DNA of 64,000 bases from Azolla caroliniana (taxonomy: Eukaryota; Plantae; Polypodiophyta). Below are positions 12,397 through 25,302 of the stretch, one piece after another; position 1 is the first letter of the stretch; every line of letters begins with the position of its first letter. The stretch is from assembly GCA_043228905.1 (NCBI GenBank), contig JBHGNT010000003.1, positions 9,176,001 to 9,240,000 of the forward strand. Reading direction: 5' to 3'. The notes beneath the pieces are model-generated. The model saw only the letters and a list, made by a program, of their open reading frames with translations. It searched no databases and had not been told where the DNA came from. The position numbers and the translations under genes were made by a program.

Positions 12397-13872
12397 ATGC
12401 GAGGAGGAGAACTCGTTGAAGCGATGATGGCGGCGGTGGACCGCTTGGTAAATGCCCGAGAAGGCATCACCGGCCTAGACCGGGCCATAGAGACGGTGAT
12501 TAGCACAACGGGTCGGTTCAATGGAAGAGATATCACGAGCTACTTGGATGCCTATAATGCCGAACTACTTATGCGAAACGTCCCCGAAGATAGGCAGCTA
12601 ACCGGATTCGCTAGAGTGGTAACGCCGAGTATCCACGCGGAGGTACTCGAGATCCAAGTGGACTGTTGCAATTGGGTGGAGGTCGAAGAAAGACTCCTTG
12701 AGAAGTATGGCCTTGATGACTCACTTAGAATTTCGAAAAGGGATCTAATGGAATGGGTTGAGCTTCCCGACAAAGGGAGAAATACTATGGTACTTTTACA
12801 AGAATTTGAGAAGCGCTTCGCGTGACTCTCGACGCTCAATAGGATGGTGCTTGACACAAGCAAGGTCCTACTATTCATAAAGACTGTTGATGCACGAGAT
12901 CAAGAGAAGGTGGGGTCCCTCCTCGAAACTGATGATGGGCTCACGATGGATTAGGCTATGGTAAAACGGGTTTGTCTCCGCTTCGATAATAGAAGGGAAT
13001 GGAATGACGGGTCTCCGTTGAGCAGCCAAACATCCACAGGCTCCATTAGTGAGACACACGAACCCAGGGGTGGTAGAATACCTCAAGAAAGAGAGCAAGC
13101 AAATGCAAGGTTCATCCCTGAGAGAAACGTGGTTGAAGCACCGTCGGGAGGGTCGGCAATAGACGAGCTCACAAAGATGGTGCGAGATCTCCAAATAGCG
13201 CAAGCTAGGAGAGAGAGTGGCGGCCCTCAAGATCGACGTCCCCCGTTCGCGCAAAGATGTATGTGGTGCGACAACCCCGACCACCTACGAAGGGAGTGTG
13301 GAGACTTTCAAGAGGCCCTAAGAAAGGATATTGTCTATCTTTGGAACAATAGGGTCTATTCGACGGAGACAAGGCGCCCCTTGGGATTGAATCAAGGCCG
13401 AGGGGGCATGAGAAGGCTAATGGAGGAGGCCGAAGCATGACATGTTGAAGCCTTCCACTACTTGGCGTCAGCTGGGATCCGAGTGGGGAAAGAGGTGAGG
13501 AGGCAAGAGGAGAAAGAGTTTGACTTTTGGCCGTCAATCCTTGGAAGCCTCTCTAAGGGGAAGTTCAAAAGAGAAGAAGCGGACGAAGCGGAAAGAAGGG
13601 TCCAAGAAGCAACTGGGTGGAAGGATCCGGTGGAAGAAAAGATAGGCTTAGTGGAAGCCGCTTGCCAAAACTACGAAGTAATGGTAGAAGAGAAGAAGGT
13701 AGGAAATGACGAGGGAGCCGGTCCATCAAGGAAATACGACGCTCGAGGTGCACGAAGAAGGGAAGAGTCGAACCAGTCTCAAGCAAGTGACGAAAGATGG
13801 AAAGAGAAGGCAACCCCCCCAACTTCAAGCTTTTCTCGGAGATCGAACAAGCAACGGACTTGAAGAAGGCGG
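12397..13872 (+). pseudogene. Element C gag, N-terminal part
   Basis: GRFNGRDITSYLDAY; knuckle CMWCDNPDHLRREC; internal stops. Confidence 0.85.
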
Positions 13873-14188
13873 TGTCACGGATCATAAACTCAAGAGACAA
13901 GCAAGAAGATAACCAAATGGACAAGAAAGAAGATAGTATTAAAGGAAAGACTCCATAACTGGTGTTGTTCACCTTGAATTCCTTCAAGGTGAACTCCTCT
14001 ATTTATACTACATGGCATGCATACTTGTTGCACGCATGTGAATCTACAATAGAGCATGTAGGTATGCATGCATGTGCCAAGTGTAAATACTACAAGGGAG
14101 CAACTATGCACATGATGCCAGCAAAATAATAAGGACCAATTACATACATAACTAGTACTAGATATCTTGGTTAACTCATAATACTAGA

Positions 14189-17100
14189 TTATAACATGGT
14201 CGTGTCAAGAGTTCGAATCTTGACATTATCCCCCCTCTTACGCCGCCTTCCCAAATCGGCCGCTGGTTTGTGGGGATATCGGTGATGAAAATCTTGGACG
14301 ACCTCTGGGGCATTTTGTAAATTTGCCGATGGTTCCCATGTGGCCTCAGACATGGGGTAACCCCTCCATAGGACGAGGTATTGCAAGTGTCGATAGTGCC
14401 AACGCGAGTCAAGGATTTGGTCGACCTCGTATTCCTCCCCTGTCGTCAATTGCACAGGTGGTGGTGGTGGGGCTTGACGTCCTGGGAGTTGTGAAGCATA
14501 ATGGGGTTCGAGGAGGGAGACATGAAAAACATCGTGAATCCGGAATTGGGATGGAAGGGCGAGCCAGAAGGCGACGGGATTGATGCACTCGATGATACGG
14601 AATGGTCCCAACTTCTTGTAATCAAGTTTCACACATGGACGAGTAGTAGAGATGTGTCGACGTAACAACCAGACCATGTCTCCAACGACAAAGTGTGGAG
14701 TGGAAGATCGATGGCGATCAACCTGCTTCTTGTATCGTTCACTAGCAAGACTAAGCTCCAAGGATAAAGCATGATGTACTTCTTCCAAAATGCGGGCGCG
14801 ATCCTCCGCCGAAGGGTTCACGGAAGTGGTAGGAAGGGAAATGTTGAAGCGAGGATGTAAACCGTAGTTGGCAAAGAAGGGAGTGACGCCAGTCGATGCA
14901 TGGAGAGAATTATTGTAGGCGAATTCCGCGAGCGAAAGTAAGTTGACCCAATCATCTTGTTGGTAACTAACCGAGCACCGAAGATACTGCTCAAGGATTT
15001 GGTTGACACACTCCGTTTGCCCGTCAGTTTGGGGGTGATAAGCGGAGGACAACTTGACAGAGATGCCTAAAGTTTGTAGCAGGCGCTGTCAGAAGTGAGA
15101 GACAAACTGGGGTCCGCGATCCGAGATGACATCATCGGGGAGTCCATGCAAGCGTACTACATTGTTGAGTAGGAGTTGCACCATTCCTTCTCCGGAAATG
15201 GTTTTGGAGCATGGAGTGAAGTGAGCCATCTTCGTAAACCGATTGACAACGACCAACACCGAGTCATAGCTATTGGCCAAGGGTAGATCAGTTATCAGGT
15301 CCATAGAGATAGAGGCCCAAGGACGACGAGGACATGGAAGCGGTTGTAGTAAGCCGTATGGCCGATGATGAATGGCTTTGGAGCGAGCACAAACCTCACA
15401 ACTCTTTATGTATTCTTTGACCAGCTTCCATGGTTGTGGCCACCAATACCCCCGAGAGATTAGCTTGAGGGTTTTCGCGACCCCGAAATGACCTGCAAGT
15501 GGGTCATCGTGGCATTCTTGCAACACCTGGGTGCGACATGGGCCCTCTGGGACGTATAAGAGATGATCTCAGAACAAAAAACCCTCTTGTATGGTGAAGG
15601 TGTCAAGATCCTTCCTTTTGGTCGCCTTGGAGGGGTTTTGTAGACTATCTCGAATCTCGTTGGCGAACGCATCGGTCTTGGATGCATTAGTGATTTGTTG
15701 GAGTAAAGAATCATCCTGCAACATACAAGTGGCAAACAGATGCAATTGGTCGGGTTTCAACAAACGTCTAGATTGTTGAGCATAAGCAGCATCCCCAGGG
15801 CGGAGTGCAAGGTCAGCTCGGCGAGAAAGGGCATCAACCTTCCCATGTTGGCCACCAGGTCGAAATACGATCTCAAAATCGTAATCGGTGAGAAATGTCG
15901 ACCAACGGGCCTGCCTTCGATTCAAAGTACGAGTGGTGGAAAAATAAACTAAATTTTTATGATCAGTCACTACCTGGACACGATGTTGTGCGCCAGCCAA
16001 GTAGGGTCGCCATTCTTCAAAGGCAGCAATGATAGCAGCAAGCTCCTTGTCGTAAATGGGATAATTGATTTCGGATGCCGTAAATTTTCGGGAATAGTAA
16101 GCCACTGGGTGCATTAGGTTGTTGTCGTCTGCTTGGGATAAGATGGCGCCAATGGCAAAGTCAGAGGCATCGGTTTCGACTTGGAAGGGTTTTGTGGGGT
16201 CGGCATGTAGCAGCACCGGGGCAGTGATGAATGCGTGTTTGAGTGAGTCGAACGCATTTTGTGCCTCCGAGGTCCATAAAAATGCAGTGCCTTTATGGGT
16301 GAGAGCGATAAGAGGTTGTGCTAGGGTGGAAAACCCCTTGATGAAGCGACGGTAAAAATTCGCGAAGCCGAGGAAGGATTGCACATCTTTAAGTCGTCTT
16401 GGAGTCGCCCACACCTGAATGACAGAGACCTTCTTCATATCCATGGTGATGCCAGTGGGCGAGATGATGTAGCCCAAAAATTCGATCGAGGTACGGTCGA
16501 ACTCGCATTTCTCGCCTTTGGCATAAAGGCCATGCTCGCGAAGTTTGGCAAGAACTAATCGGACTTGGTGAGTGTGCTCCTCCATGTTTGGCGAGAAAAT
16601 GAGAATATCATCGAGGTAAATGACAACAAAAAGATCAAGATATTCCCGGAAAATATCGTTCATCATATGTTGAAAAACTGCGGGAGCGTTAGTAAGACCA
16701 AAAGGCATTACCTTGTATTCGAAATGCCCATACCGTGTTCGAAATGCGGTTTTCCATTCATCCCCCGGCTTGATGCGTACTAGATTGTACGCTCCACGCA
16801 GATCAACTTTGGAGAAGACACGCGCAACTCGGAGCTGATCAAGGAGTTCGGGGATCAGAGGTAGTGGATAGCGGTTGCGCACAATGAGTTTGTTGAGACC
16901 TCGGTAGTCGACGCATAAGCGTAGAGAGCCGTCCTTCTTCTTCACAAATAAAATGGGGGCCCCGGCTGGTGACTTAGAAGGTTGAATAAAGCCTTTCTCG
17001 AGGTTCTCATCGAGATACACACGAAGGGCCTTCAACTCTGGTGCAGACAACGCATGTAGAGGACCAAAGGGTGGACACGCACCTTCTTGAAGATCAATCA

Positions 17101-17737
17101 GACAGTCGTAGAGCCGGTGTTCAGGCAACCGATCAACATTACATTTTTCAAATACGTCGGAGAAGTGTTGGTATTTTTTGGGAATAACATGGAGTGTGTT
17201 AGAAATGGCGCCACAAACAAACCCATCCTGGACGGATGATGGGGTAGTCAATTCGGAGTCGACCGTCTCCAAAGGATAGGAAACTGAATTTACCTTCATA
17301 CTTTTGCACGAGCATCTTGGCTTGCTAAATGTGATCGAGCGGTTGCACCAATCCACTATTGGATTGTGCGCCTCCAACCATGTTAGTCCTAAGACGATCG
17401 GATGTCGAGGAGATGCGATGAGGTAAAAGGTGAGCTCCTCTTGGTGTGAGCCCACCCGAAGCCCTAATGGGATTGTAACTTGAGTAATTGCACCTGACGA
17501 GAGGACACACCCGTTGATGGCTTCAACTGGAATGGGTTTTGAGAGGCCAACGACAGGTACGCCATGTGCTTGGGCAAACGCGACGTCGATGAAGCAAGAA
17601 GATGCCCCAGAATCAAGTAAAGCAACAGACTGAATGGAACTAGAGTTAAACGAAAGCCATACCTCCAATGTGAAATTGCCTGATGGTCCGGCAATGGAAC
17701 CAAGAGAATGTGGGCGACGGGAGATGTCCAGTTGCAT
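14189..17737 (-). pseudogene. Tcn1-like Pol: PR-RT-RH-INT-chromodomain, one frame with two nonsense codons (15569, 15089)
   Basis: LLDSGAS; YLDD; ETDASDFAIG; H..H..C..C; GPF/Y; YEVDQILDSR..QYLVLWRGY..TWEP. Confidence 0.93.
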
Positions 17738-17742
17738 GGCTC

Positions 17743-18759
17743 CTACTGCAACTGAACGATGTCATTTTCTGGATGTTGGGGTCCGTTAGCTCGATGGAAT
17801 TGTGGGCGAGTACTCTTAGGACAATGGCGAACGACATGACCGGAGGTGCCACAATACATGCACAAGCCATTAGCCCGCCGAAATTGTCGTTCAGCATCAG
17901 TCAATGGCCGAAATCGGGCTTGATCAATTTCCATGGGGATAGGAGCATCTGCCGAAGTAGGCAAGTGTGAGGATGCTTGGGGTTGTATGACCGGGGCGTG
18001 GCGTGGAAGTGAATGAGGTGGAACCCAAGCCCGGCACTCTTCTTGGCGAAATTCGAAAAGACGATTGTCACAATGGACTGCTTGTGAAATCGCTTGGGAT
18101 AACGAGGTGGGCTCCGGAAAGTTTAAGAGAAGATTCTTGACATTGCTTCGAAGACCGCGCCGAAAGTGATAAGCTAAAGCTTGATCATCCCAATTGACGT
18201 CGCATGCTAGTTGTCGAAATTCGGAAGCATAGACCGAAGTTGCACGTGAACCTTGTTCGAGTGCATAAATCTTGTTAAGAGCTGTACGTCGTCGGTCCGT
18301 CTCTCCAAATGTGGCCTCTAACTCGGCGAGGAAGGCGGGAAAGTCCTCCAATAAAGGTGATGAGGTTTCTACCAATGGTGCAAACCAAGCTTGGGCCGGA
18401 CCGGAGAGAAGGGTGCCCACAAGGCCGACTTGTCGAAGACCATCTCCATAACGTTGAGGTTGTAGCCGAATGATAAGTTGAACTTGGTTGAGGAACCCTC
18501 GGAAACGCGACCTCGTTCCATCAAATTTTTCTGGGAGGCTAACCTTAGGCTCAAGAAACTGTGACGAAGCTAGGCTAGATGTTGGTAGAAGATCGGGCTC
18601 TAGGCTAGGTTGTTGTGGGAGACTAGGGTTCGGGGGTTGTGAGGATAGGGAGGTACCGACTTGAAGTTCTTGTAAAGAATTTCGAAGAGCTTCATTTTCA
18701 AGCTGTAGTTGTCGTAAGGCTACCATTATTTGGCCTAACTCACTAGTTGAGTCGGACAT
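17743..18759 (-). CDS. Tcn1-like Gag (338 aa, intact ORF)
   Basis: LPEKFDG..SRFRGF, LEQGSRATSVYASEF, PIPMEID, CMYCGTSGHVVRHC. Confidence 0.92.
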   Translation of the reverse strand: MSDSTSELGQIMVALRQLQLENEALRNSLQELQVGTSLSSQPPNPSLPQQPSLEPDLLPTSSLASSQFLEPKVSLPEKFDGTRSRFRGFLNQVQLIIRLQPQRYGDGLRQVGLVGTLLSGPAQAWFAPLVETSSPLLEDFPAFLAELEATFGETDRRRTALNKIYALEQGSRATSVYASEFRQLACDVNWDDQALAYHFRRGLRSNVKNLLLNFPEPTSLSQAISQAVHCDNRLFEFRQEECRAWVPPHSLPRHAPVIQPQASSHLPTSADAPIPMEIDQARFRPLTDAERQFRRANGLCMYCGTSGHVVRHCPKSTRPQFHRANGPQHPENDIVQLQ

Positions 18760-19189
18760 AGCTATGGCTTATGAGAGGGAGAGCTATGAGGATGGGAAGG
18801 TGAACAAACTGTCACGGATCATAAACTCAAGAGACAAGCAAGAAGATAACCAAATGGACAAGAAAGAAGATAGTATTAAAGGAAAGACTCCATAACTGGT
18901 GTTGTTCACCTTGAATTCCTTCAAGGTGAACTCCTCTATTTATACTACATGGCATGCATACTTGTTGCACGCATGTGAATCTACAATAGAGCATGTAGGT
19001 ATGCATGCATGTGCCAAGTGTAAATACTACAAGGGAGCAACTATGCACATGATGCTAGCAAAATAATAAGGACCAATTACATACATAACTAGTACTAGAT
19101 ATCTTGGTTAACTCATAATACTAGATTATAACATGGTCGTGTCAAGAGTTCGAATCTTGACAGGTGGTGGAGGAGAGGATCCTCGATAG

Positions 19190-22100
19190 TGTTAAGAAAC
19201 AGGTTCCTCCGGATGGGAAGTGAGAAGAATAGTACTGAGTAGCAAACCGGATGTGGAGTACCCGACAACGAAAGACCCGGTGAGAACCGGATGACGAGTA
19301 CCTAGCAAGTGCCGGATGAAGGGACATATTCATAAATATGTTTTTCTGAGAGTCCATCAGGCTATATTTGTAAATAGCCGAAAAGTCATATTAGTATAAA
19401 TATGACTTAGGGCAAACTTTGTATTGAAGTGGTTGTCATTCTTGTTGGTGCAAGATTGGAGTGCGTAACTGTGTACAGAATGAGAGAGAGAGGGGAAGAT
19501 GTCGTTGCCTCTGTTGCGCCGCCTGTGGCGAAGATAGCAAGCTCGAGGTCGTTGCCTCGGTGCTTTACTGTTGTACATTGTGATATAGTGATAGTTTGCA
19601 GTCTGTGGGCTGCCGTGGTTTTTCCCTAGTTTGGGTTTTCCACGTTAACATCCTGTGTACTCTTCTCTTCTCTGTGTCGTGCATTCATTCCCCGTTTTCT
19701 GTGTTTGATTCTAAGCTCGGTTGTGGCCGAGCGTTGTTCATTGGGAGCGTGTAGTTCCTGTCAAAGGGGTATTAGAGCGAAACGACACAGAAAATGGACG
19801 AATCGTTGGGCGGCATGTTGAAGCTCACTGGCTCCAACTATTTAGTGTGGAAGTTGAACATGAGGGACATGCTTGTGGTTAAAGATCTTTGGTTGCCGGT
19901 TTAGTTTGGGGACAAGAGACCGGACAAATTCGACGCCACGATATGGGAGGTGATGCACATGAATACAACGGCGTACATACGGTGCTTCATCGACATGAGC
20001 CTATACAACAACTTCAATGAAGAGAGCAAGCCTCATGAGTTCTGGGAGAAGATCGGCATTATGTTTCAAAACAAAAATGTTGTTAATCAGGTTTCGGTAT
20101 TTCGGAAGCTAGTAAGACTCCGGTACCAAGATGGCTCCAACATGGCGGAGCACATGAATGCCTTCCAGGGGCTGATCCACTAGGCAACATCATTGGAAGT
20201 GCCTCTCGCCGATGAGGTACTAGCACTACTCCTGCTCGGTTCCCTCCCAGATAGCTGGGAGACGTTGGTTGTCAGTTTGGGCAACGCCGGGCCGGAAGGG
20301 AAACGGTTATCCCTAGCAAGAGTGAAGTCGAGCTTGCTAGATGAGGAGGCGCGTCGGAAAGACAAGGATATGAGCTCTGAATCCAAAGCGCTCCTTATCG
20401 AATCGGAACGTGGAAGACAAAGGAACCGTAGTCCCTAGAACCGGGAGAAGTCGGGGACACGGTCAAAGTCAAGGGGAAGGCCTACCTGCTTCTATTGCGG
20501 CAAGCCGGGAGACTTCCAGAAAAACTGTCAGCACTTCCGAAAGGACAAGGAAACCGACGACACCGATTCGAAGCGGACACCGGACCGGAACGGTAAAGAC
20601 CGGAGGGGAATGGACCGGAAGGGAACGACGACAATCGCGGAAAGTGAAGAAAAGTTGATGCTCATCACCGAGGAGAGTGAGATAAACCTTGCCGGCGACG
20701 AGATGACCTAGGTGGTTGACTCCGGAGCGTCGTTCCACCTTACCCCGGACCGGAAATGCTTCTCATCCTACTCAGTTGGTGATCACGACTGTGTCCGGAT
20801 GGGGAATGAAGGTACATGCCGAATTGTCGGCATAGGAGACATGTGGTTGACAACACCAACCGGATGCAAGCTGCTGCTGAAGGATGTTCGACACGTTCCA
20901 GAGGTTCGTCTGAACCTGATATCAGCCGGTCGGCTAGATGATGAAGCTACACAGGTAGCATCCGGAACGGTGTTATGAAGTTCAGCAAAGGGAGCCTGAT
21001 TGTGGCTCGGGCCCGGAAGGTAAACACGTTGTACCTGATGAATGCCCGATTATGCCCGGAGGAAGTGAACGTGGCATCCGACACTGCGGGTGAGCTGTGA
21101 CACAAAAGGCTGTGTCACATGAGCGAGAAGGGGATGAAGAGGCTTGAAGATGACAACCTCATTCCAGTGAAGAACGTGCACTTGGAGAAGTGCACTGATT
21201 GTCTGGCCGGTAAGCAAAATCGGACCTCCTTCCCACCAAGGCCACCGATGAGACGTAATGCACCACTGGAGTTGGTGCATATTGATGTGTGTCAAGTGGA
21301 CACGAAGTCACATGCAGGATCGCAGTACTCTGTGATGTTCATAGATGACCACAGTCGGAAGATGTGGGCCACACCGTTGAAGACGAAGGATCAGGTGCTA
21401 TCCATCTTCAAAGAGCTCCACGCGAGAGTGGAAAGAGAAACCGGCCGGAAATTGAAGGCGGTTCTAGCAGATAACGGAGGAGAATACCGGGGGCAGTTCG
21501 AGGAGTACTGCCACTCGAAGGGAATCCGGCTCGAATTTACCGTGCCGAAGACGCCAGAACTAAACGGGCTGGCCGAGAGGATGAACCGAACCATAATGGA
21601 GAGGGTCCGGAGTATGCTGGTGCATGCAAGACTACCCAAGAAGTTTTGGGCTGAGGCACTGTTGACGGCGACATATGTGATAAACAGATCACCCTCAGTA
21701 CCCTTGGACAGAGACACGCCACAGAGAGTATGGACCGGTAAGGAAGTGTCCTACCGGCATCGAAAGGTGTTCGGGTGTCTCGCGTACGTGCATGTAGCTA
21801 AGGACCGGAGAGGAAAGTTAGATCCAAAGACCCGGTCATGCATATTCCTCGGTTACAACGACGATGAGTTCGGCTACCGAGTGTGGGACTCGGTCGACAA
21901 GAAGGTATTCCGGAGTCGAGATATTATCTTAATGGAGGACAAGACGCTCGCCGACTGGGAGTCGGAGAAGAAGAGAATGAACTCCGAGTCGACCGGTAAG
22001 GATTGATTCTACGATGAGCAGACCCAATCGGCAAGAGACCGGTTAGCACTCGAGGAACCAGCCGGTTACGGTGAGGATACCGAACCGGTAGAAGAAGAAG

Positions 22101-24646
22101 TAGAGGAAGCTGAAACCGGAACCGGCCAAGACCCCGAATCGGATTCGGATGAAGAGCAAATGGAGGAGTTGGTTACCGAAGCTCAAAGACGGAGATATCC
22201 TCTCTGAGAGAGAAGGCCCTCCCGGAGATTTCCGGATATAGAGCATGTGCTGCTGACCGATGAAGGGGAGCCAAAAAGCTTCGATGAAGCTAAAAGTGAC
22301 GCCCATAGCCGCAAATGGTTAAGTGCCATGCAAGATGAGATGGATTCCCTGCATGAGAACCATATGTATGAATTGGTGGAGTTGCCGAAAGGAAAGAGGG
22401 CACTTTGAAACAAGTGGGTATACAAGTTAAAACCGGGAGATGCCGGCAACCCCCCGAGATACAAAGCCAGGATCGTGGTCAAGGGGTTCCAGCAAAAGAA
22501 GGGTGTGGACTTCGACGAGATATTTGCCCCGATAGTAAAGATGACCTCCATCCGGAGGGTGCTGAGTATAGCGGCAAGCATGGACCTCGAGGTAGAGCAG
22601 CTGGACGTGAAGACGACATTCCTTCACAGTGACCTCGAAGAGGAGATGTACATGCAGCAACCGGAAGGATTCATGGAGAAAGGGAAGGAGCACCTGGTTT
22701 GCCGGTTGAAGAAGAGCCTGTACGGACTGAAGCAGGCTCCCCGACAATGGTACCGGAAGTTCGACTCCTTCATGATCGATCAAGGGTACCACAAGACGTA
22801 GGACGATCACTGCGTGTTTGTGAAGAAGTTCAAAGGAGGCGACTTCCTGATACTCCTTCTGTACGTGGACGACATGTTGATCGTCGGACGGGACCAAGCC
22901 AAAATTCAGATGCTGAAGAAAGCTCTCAACCGAACTTTTGCGATGAAAGACTTGGGTCTGGCAAGACAGATGCTGGGGATGCATATCACTTGGAACCGGC
23001 CAACGAAGCAACTGTGGCTGTCACAAGAGAAATACGTGACAAAGGTGCTTCAGCGGTTCAACATGTTAGAAGCAAAACCGGTCGGATCGACACTCCCGAC
23101 AAACTACAGATTATCCGGTAAGCAAAGCCCGAAAATGAAAGCAGAGAAGGCTGACATGATGAAGGTTCCATATGCCTCTGCCGTCGGGAGCTTAATGTAC
23201 GCAATGGTGTGTACCCGACTGGATATAGGATACGCAGTCGGAGTGGTGAGCCGGTTTATGAGCAATCCCGGCAAGGAGCACTGGAACGTGGTCAAATGGA
23301 TACTCCGGTACTTGAAGGGCACTTCAAATATGTGTCTTCGATTCGGCTCCGGAAAACCTCAACTTGACGGTTTTACCGATTCGGACATGTCGGCTGATGT
23401 GGATACCAGCCGGTCTACATCCGGGTATGTAATGACATATGCAGGGGGAGCTGTTTCGTGGTAGTCGAGGCTGCAGAAGACGGTTGTGTTGTCAACCACG
23501 GAGGCGGAGTACATGGCGGCTGTGGAAGCCGACAAGGAAATATTATGGATGAAGGACTTCATCGGAGAGCTCGGTATCCGGCAAGATGAATACCGACTCT
23601 ATTGTGACAGTCAAAGTGCCATCCACCTTGCTAAGAATGTGGCCTACCATTCCCGGACGAAGCATATCCAGCGAATGTATCACTGGATCCGGGAAAGAGT
23701 AGATGACCAGGAGTTCGTGATGACGAAGATCCACACGGCTGAGAACGGATCAGACATGCTGACCAAAGTACTGATACCCGACAAGATGGATGCATGCCGG
23801 AAGCGGATCAGACTAGTAAGACCGGAGTGAAGGGGGAGTTTGTTAGGAAACAGGTCCCTCCGGATGGAAAGTGAGAAGAACAGTACTCGAGGTGCACGAA
23901 GAAGGGAAGAGCCGAACCAGTCTCAAGCACGTGACGAAAGATGGAAAGAGAAGGCAACCCCCCCAACTTCAAGCTTTGCTCGGAGATCGAACAAGCAACG
24001 GACTTGAAGAAGGTGGTGGAGGAGAGGATCCTCGATAGTGTTAGGAAACAGGTCCCTCCGGATGGGAAGTGAGAAGAACAGTACTGATGAGCAAACCGGA
24101 TGTGGAGTACCCGACAACGGAAGACCCGGTGAGAACTGGATGACGAGTACCCGGCAAGCACCGGATGATGCAGGCCCGGTGAGAAGTGCTCACCGGATGA
24201 AGGGACATATTCGTAAATATGTTTTTCTGAGAGTCCATCAGGCTATATTTGTAAATAGCTGAAAAGTCATATTAGTATAAATATGACTTAGGGCAAACTT
24301 TGTATTTAAGTGGTTGTCATTCTTGTTGGTGCAAGATTGGAGTGCGTAACTGTGTACAGAGAGAGAGAGAGAGGAAGAGGTCGTTACCTCTGTTGTAACC
24401 GCCGCCTGTGGCGAAGATAGCAAGCTCGTGGTCGTTGCCTCGGTGCTTTACTGTTGTACATTGTGATATAGTGATAGTTTGCAGTCTGTGGGCTGCCGTG
24501 GTTTTTCCCTAGTTTGGGTTTTCCACGTTAACATCCTGTGTACTCTTCTCTTCTCTATGTCGTGCATTCATTCCCCATTTTCTGTGTTTGATTCTAAGCT
24601 CGGTTGTGGCCGAGCATTGTTCATCGGGAGCGTGTAGTTCCTGTCA
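19190..24646 (+). mobile_element. Copia G1 (Ty1/copia, Tnt1/Tork-like) inserted in gag of C
   Basis: LTRs 19190-19763 and 24039-24646, plus an aborted LTR start at 23841-23887; TSD gatag; degenerate Met PBS ggtattagagc; PPT gaagggggag. Confidence 0.92.
19794..23830 (+). pseudogene. Copia G1 gag-PR-INT-RT-RH polyprotein with stops and frameshifts
   Basis: LLLLGSLPDSW; VDSGASFH; DNGGEY; YVDDML; TTEAEY; RTKHI. Confidence 0.93.
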
Positions 24647-25302
24647 GATAGTCGCGTAGAGTTTATTCTGCGAGAGGTCGTCGGAATTGCCAAGAAAGAA
24701 TTCACGAGGTCATCATCGACCTAATGAAGAGGAAGCGGCTCTCGATGGAGCAAGAAGTGGCAAAACCCGCGATTGTAAATGCATTGTCAACTGAGGTTCC
24801 TGAGGAAGACGAAGACTATGCGGACAGTCACTACACAAGGCCGCATTGGGCGAGAGCGACAACGGAGACACCGGTATGGGTCAGAGATGTAAAAGAGCCG
24901 GTGGTAGCATTGATCGATCATGGCTTTGAGATCAACCTTATGTCCATGGACTTTTATAAAAAGGGAAAGTGCCCGATCAACACGAAGCACAGGTGGAAGA
25001 TTAGAGCGGCGACCTGAGCAACCGAGGAGCTATACGGGGCTTGTCCGAATGTACGTGTGAAGGTGGGGGACGTAGAAATAGATCAACATTTCTTTGTTCA
25101 AGAGACGTCCTCGCACCCAGTCATCTTGGGTGAACCATACATCACGGCGGCTCGCATGGAGACGAAGGTGCTAGACAACGGGTCGGCATATGCGAGGGTC
25201 AAGAGCCAGGATGGGAAGCATTCAGTCCAATTCCTTACAGTGAGGCCCAGCCATGAGCGCAATTGAGCCTCCCTCAAAGGGGATAGCCGAGAGGATTTTT
25301 GA
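24647..25302 (+). pseudogene. Element C gag C-terminus and aspartic protease
   Basis: VVALIDHGFEINLMS...VILGEPY; ends at GAG GAT TTT TGA. Confidence 0.8.

Larger units (their letters stand above)
13873..19162 (-). mobile_element. Tcn1-like chromovirus (Ty3/gypsy) inserted in gag of C
   Basis: 353-bp LTRs 13873-14225 and 18810-19162, nearly identical; TSD ggcgg/ggtgg; PPT aagaggggggataa; group I chromodomain; no tRNA PBS. Confidence 0.95.

Noticed and set aside
13742-13872. Start of the Copia G1 5' LTR
   Set aside because: It matches 23886-24016, but it is C gag sequence; the TSD gatag and TG start place the LTR at 19190.
24080-24150. Hammerhead ribozyme (CTGATGAG in the G1 LTR)
   Set aside because: No properly placed GAAA or stems, and the motif differs in the 5' LTR (CTGAGTAG).
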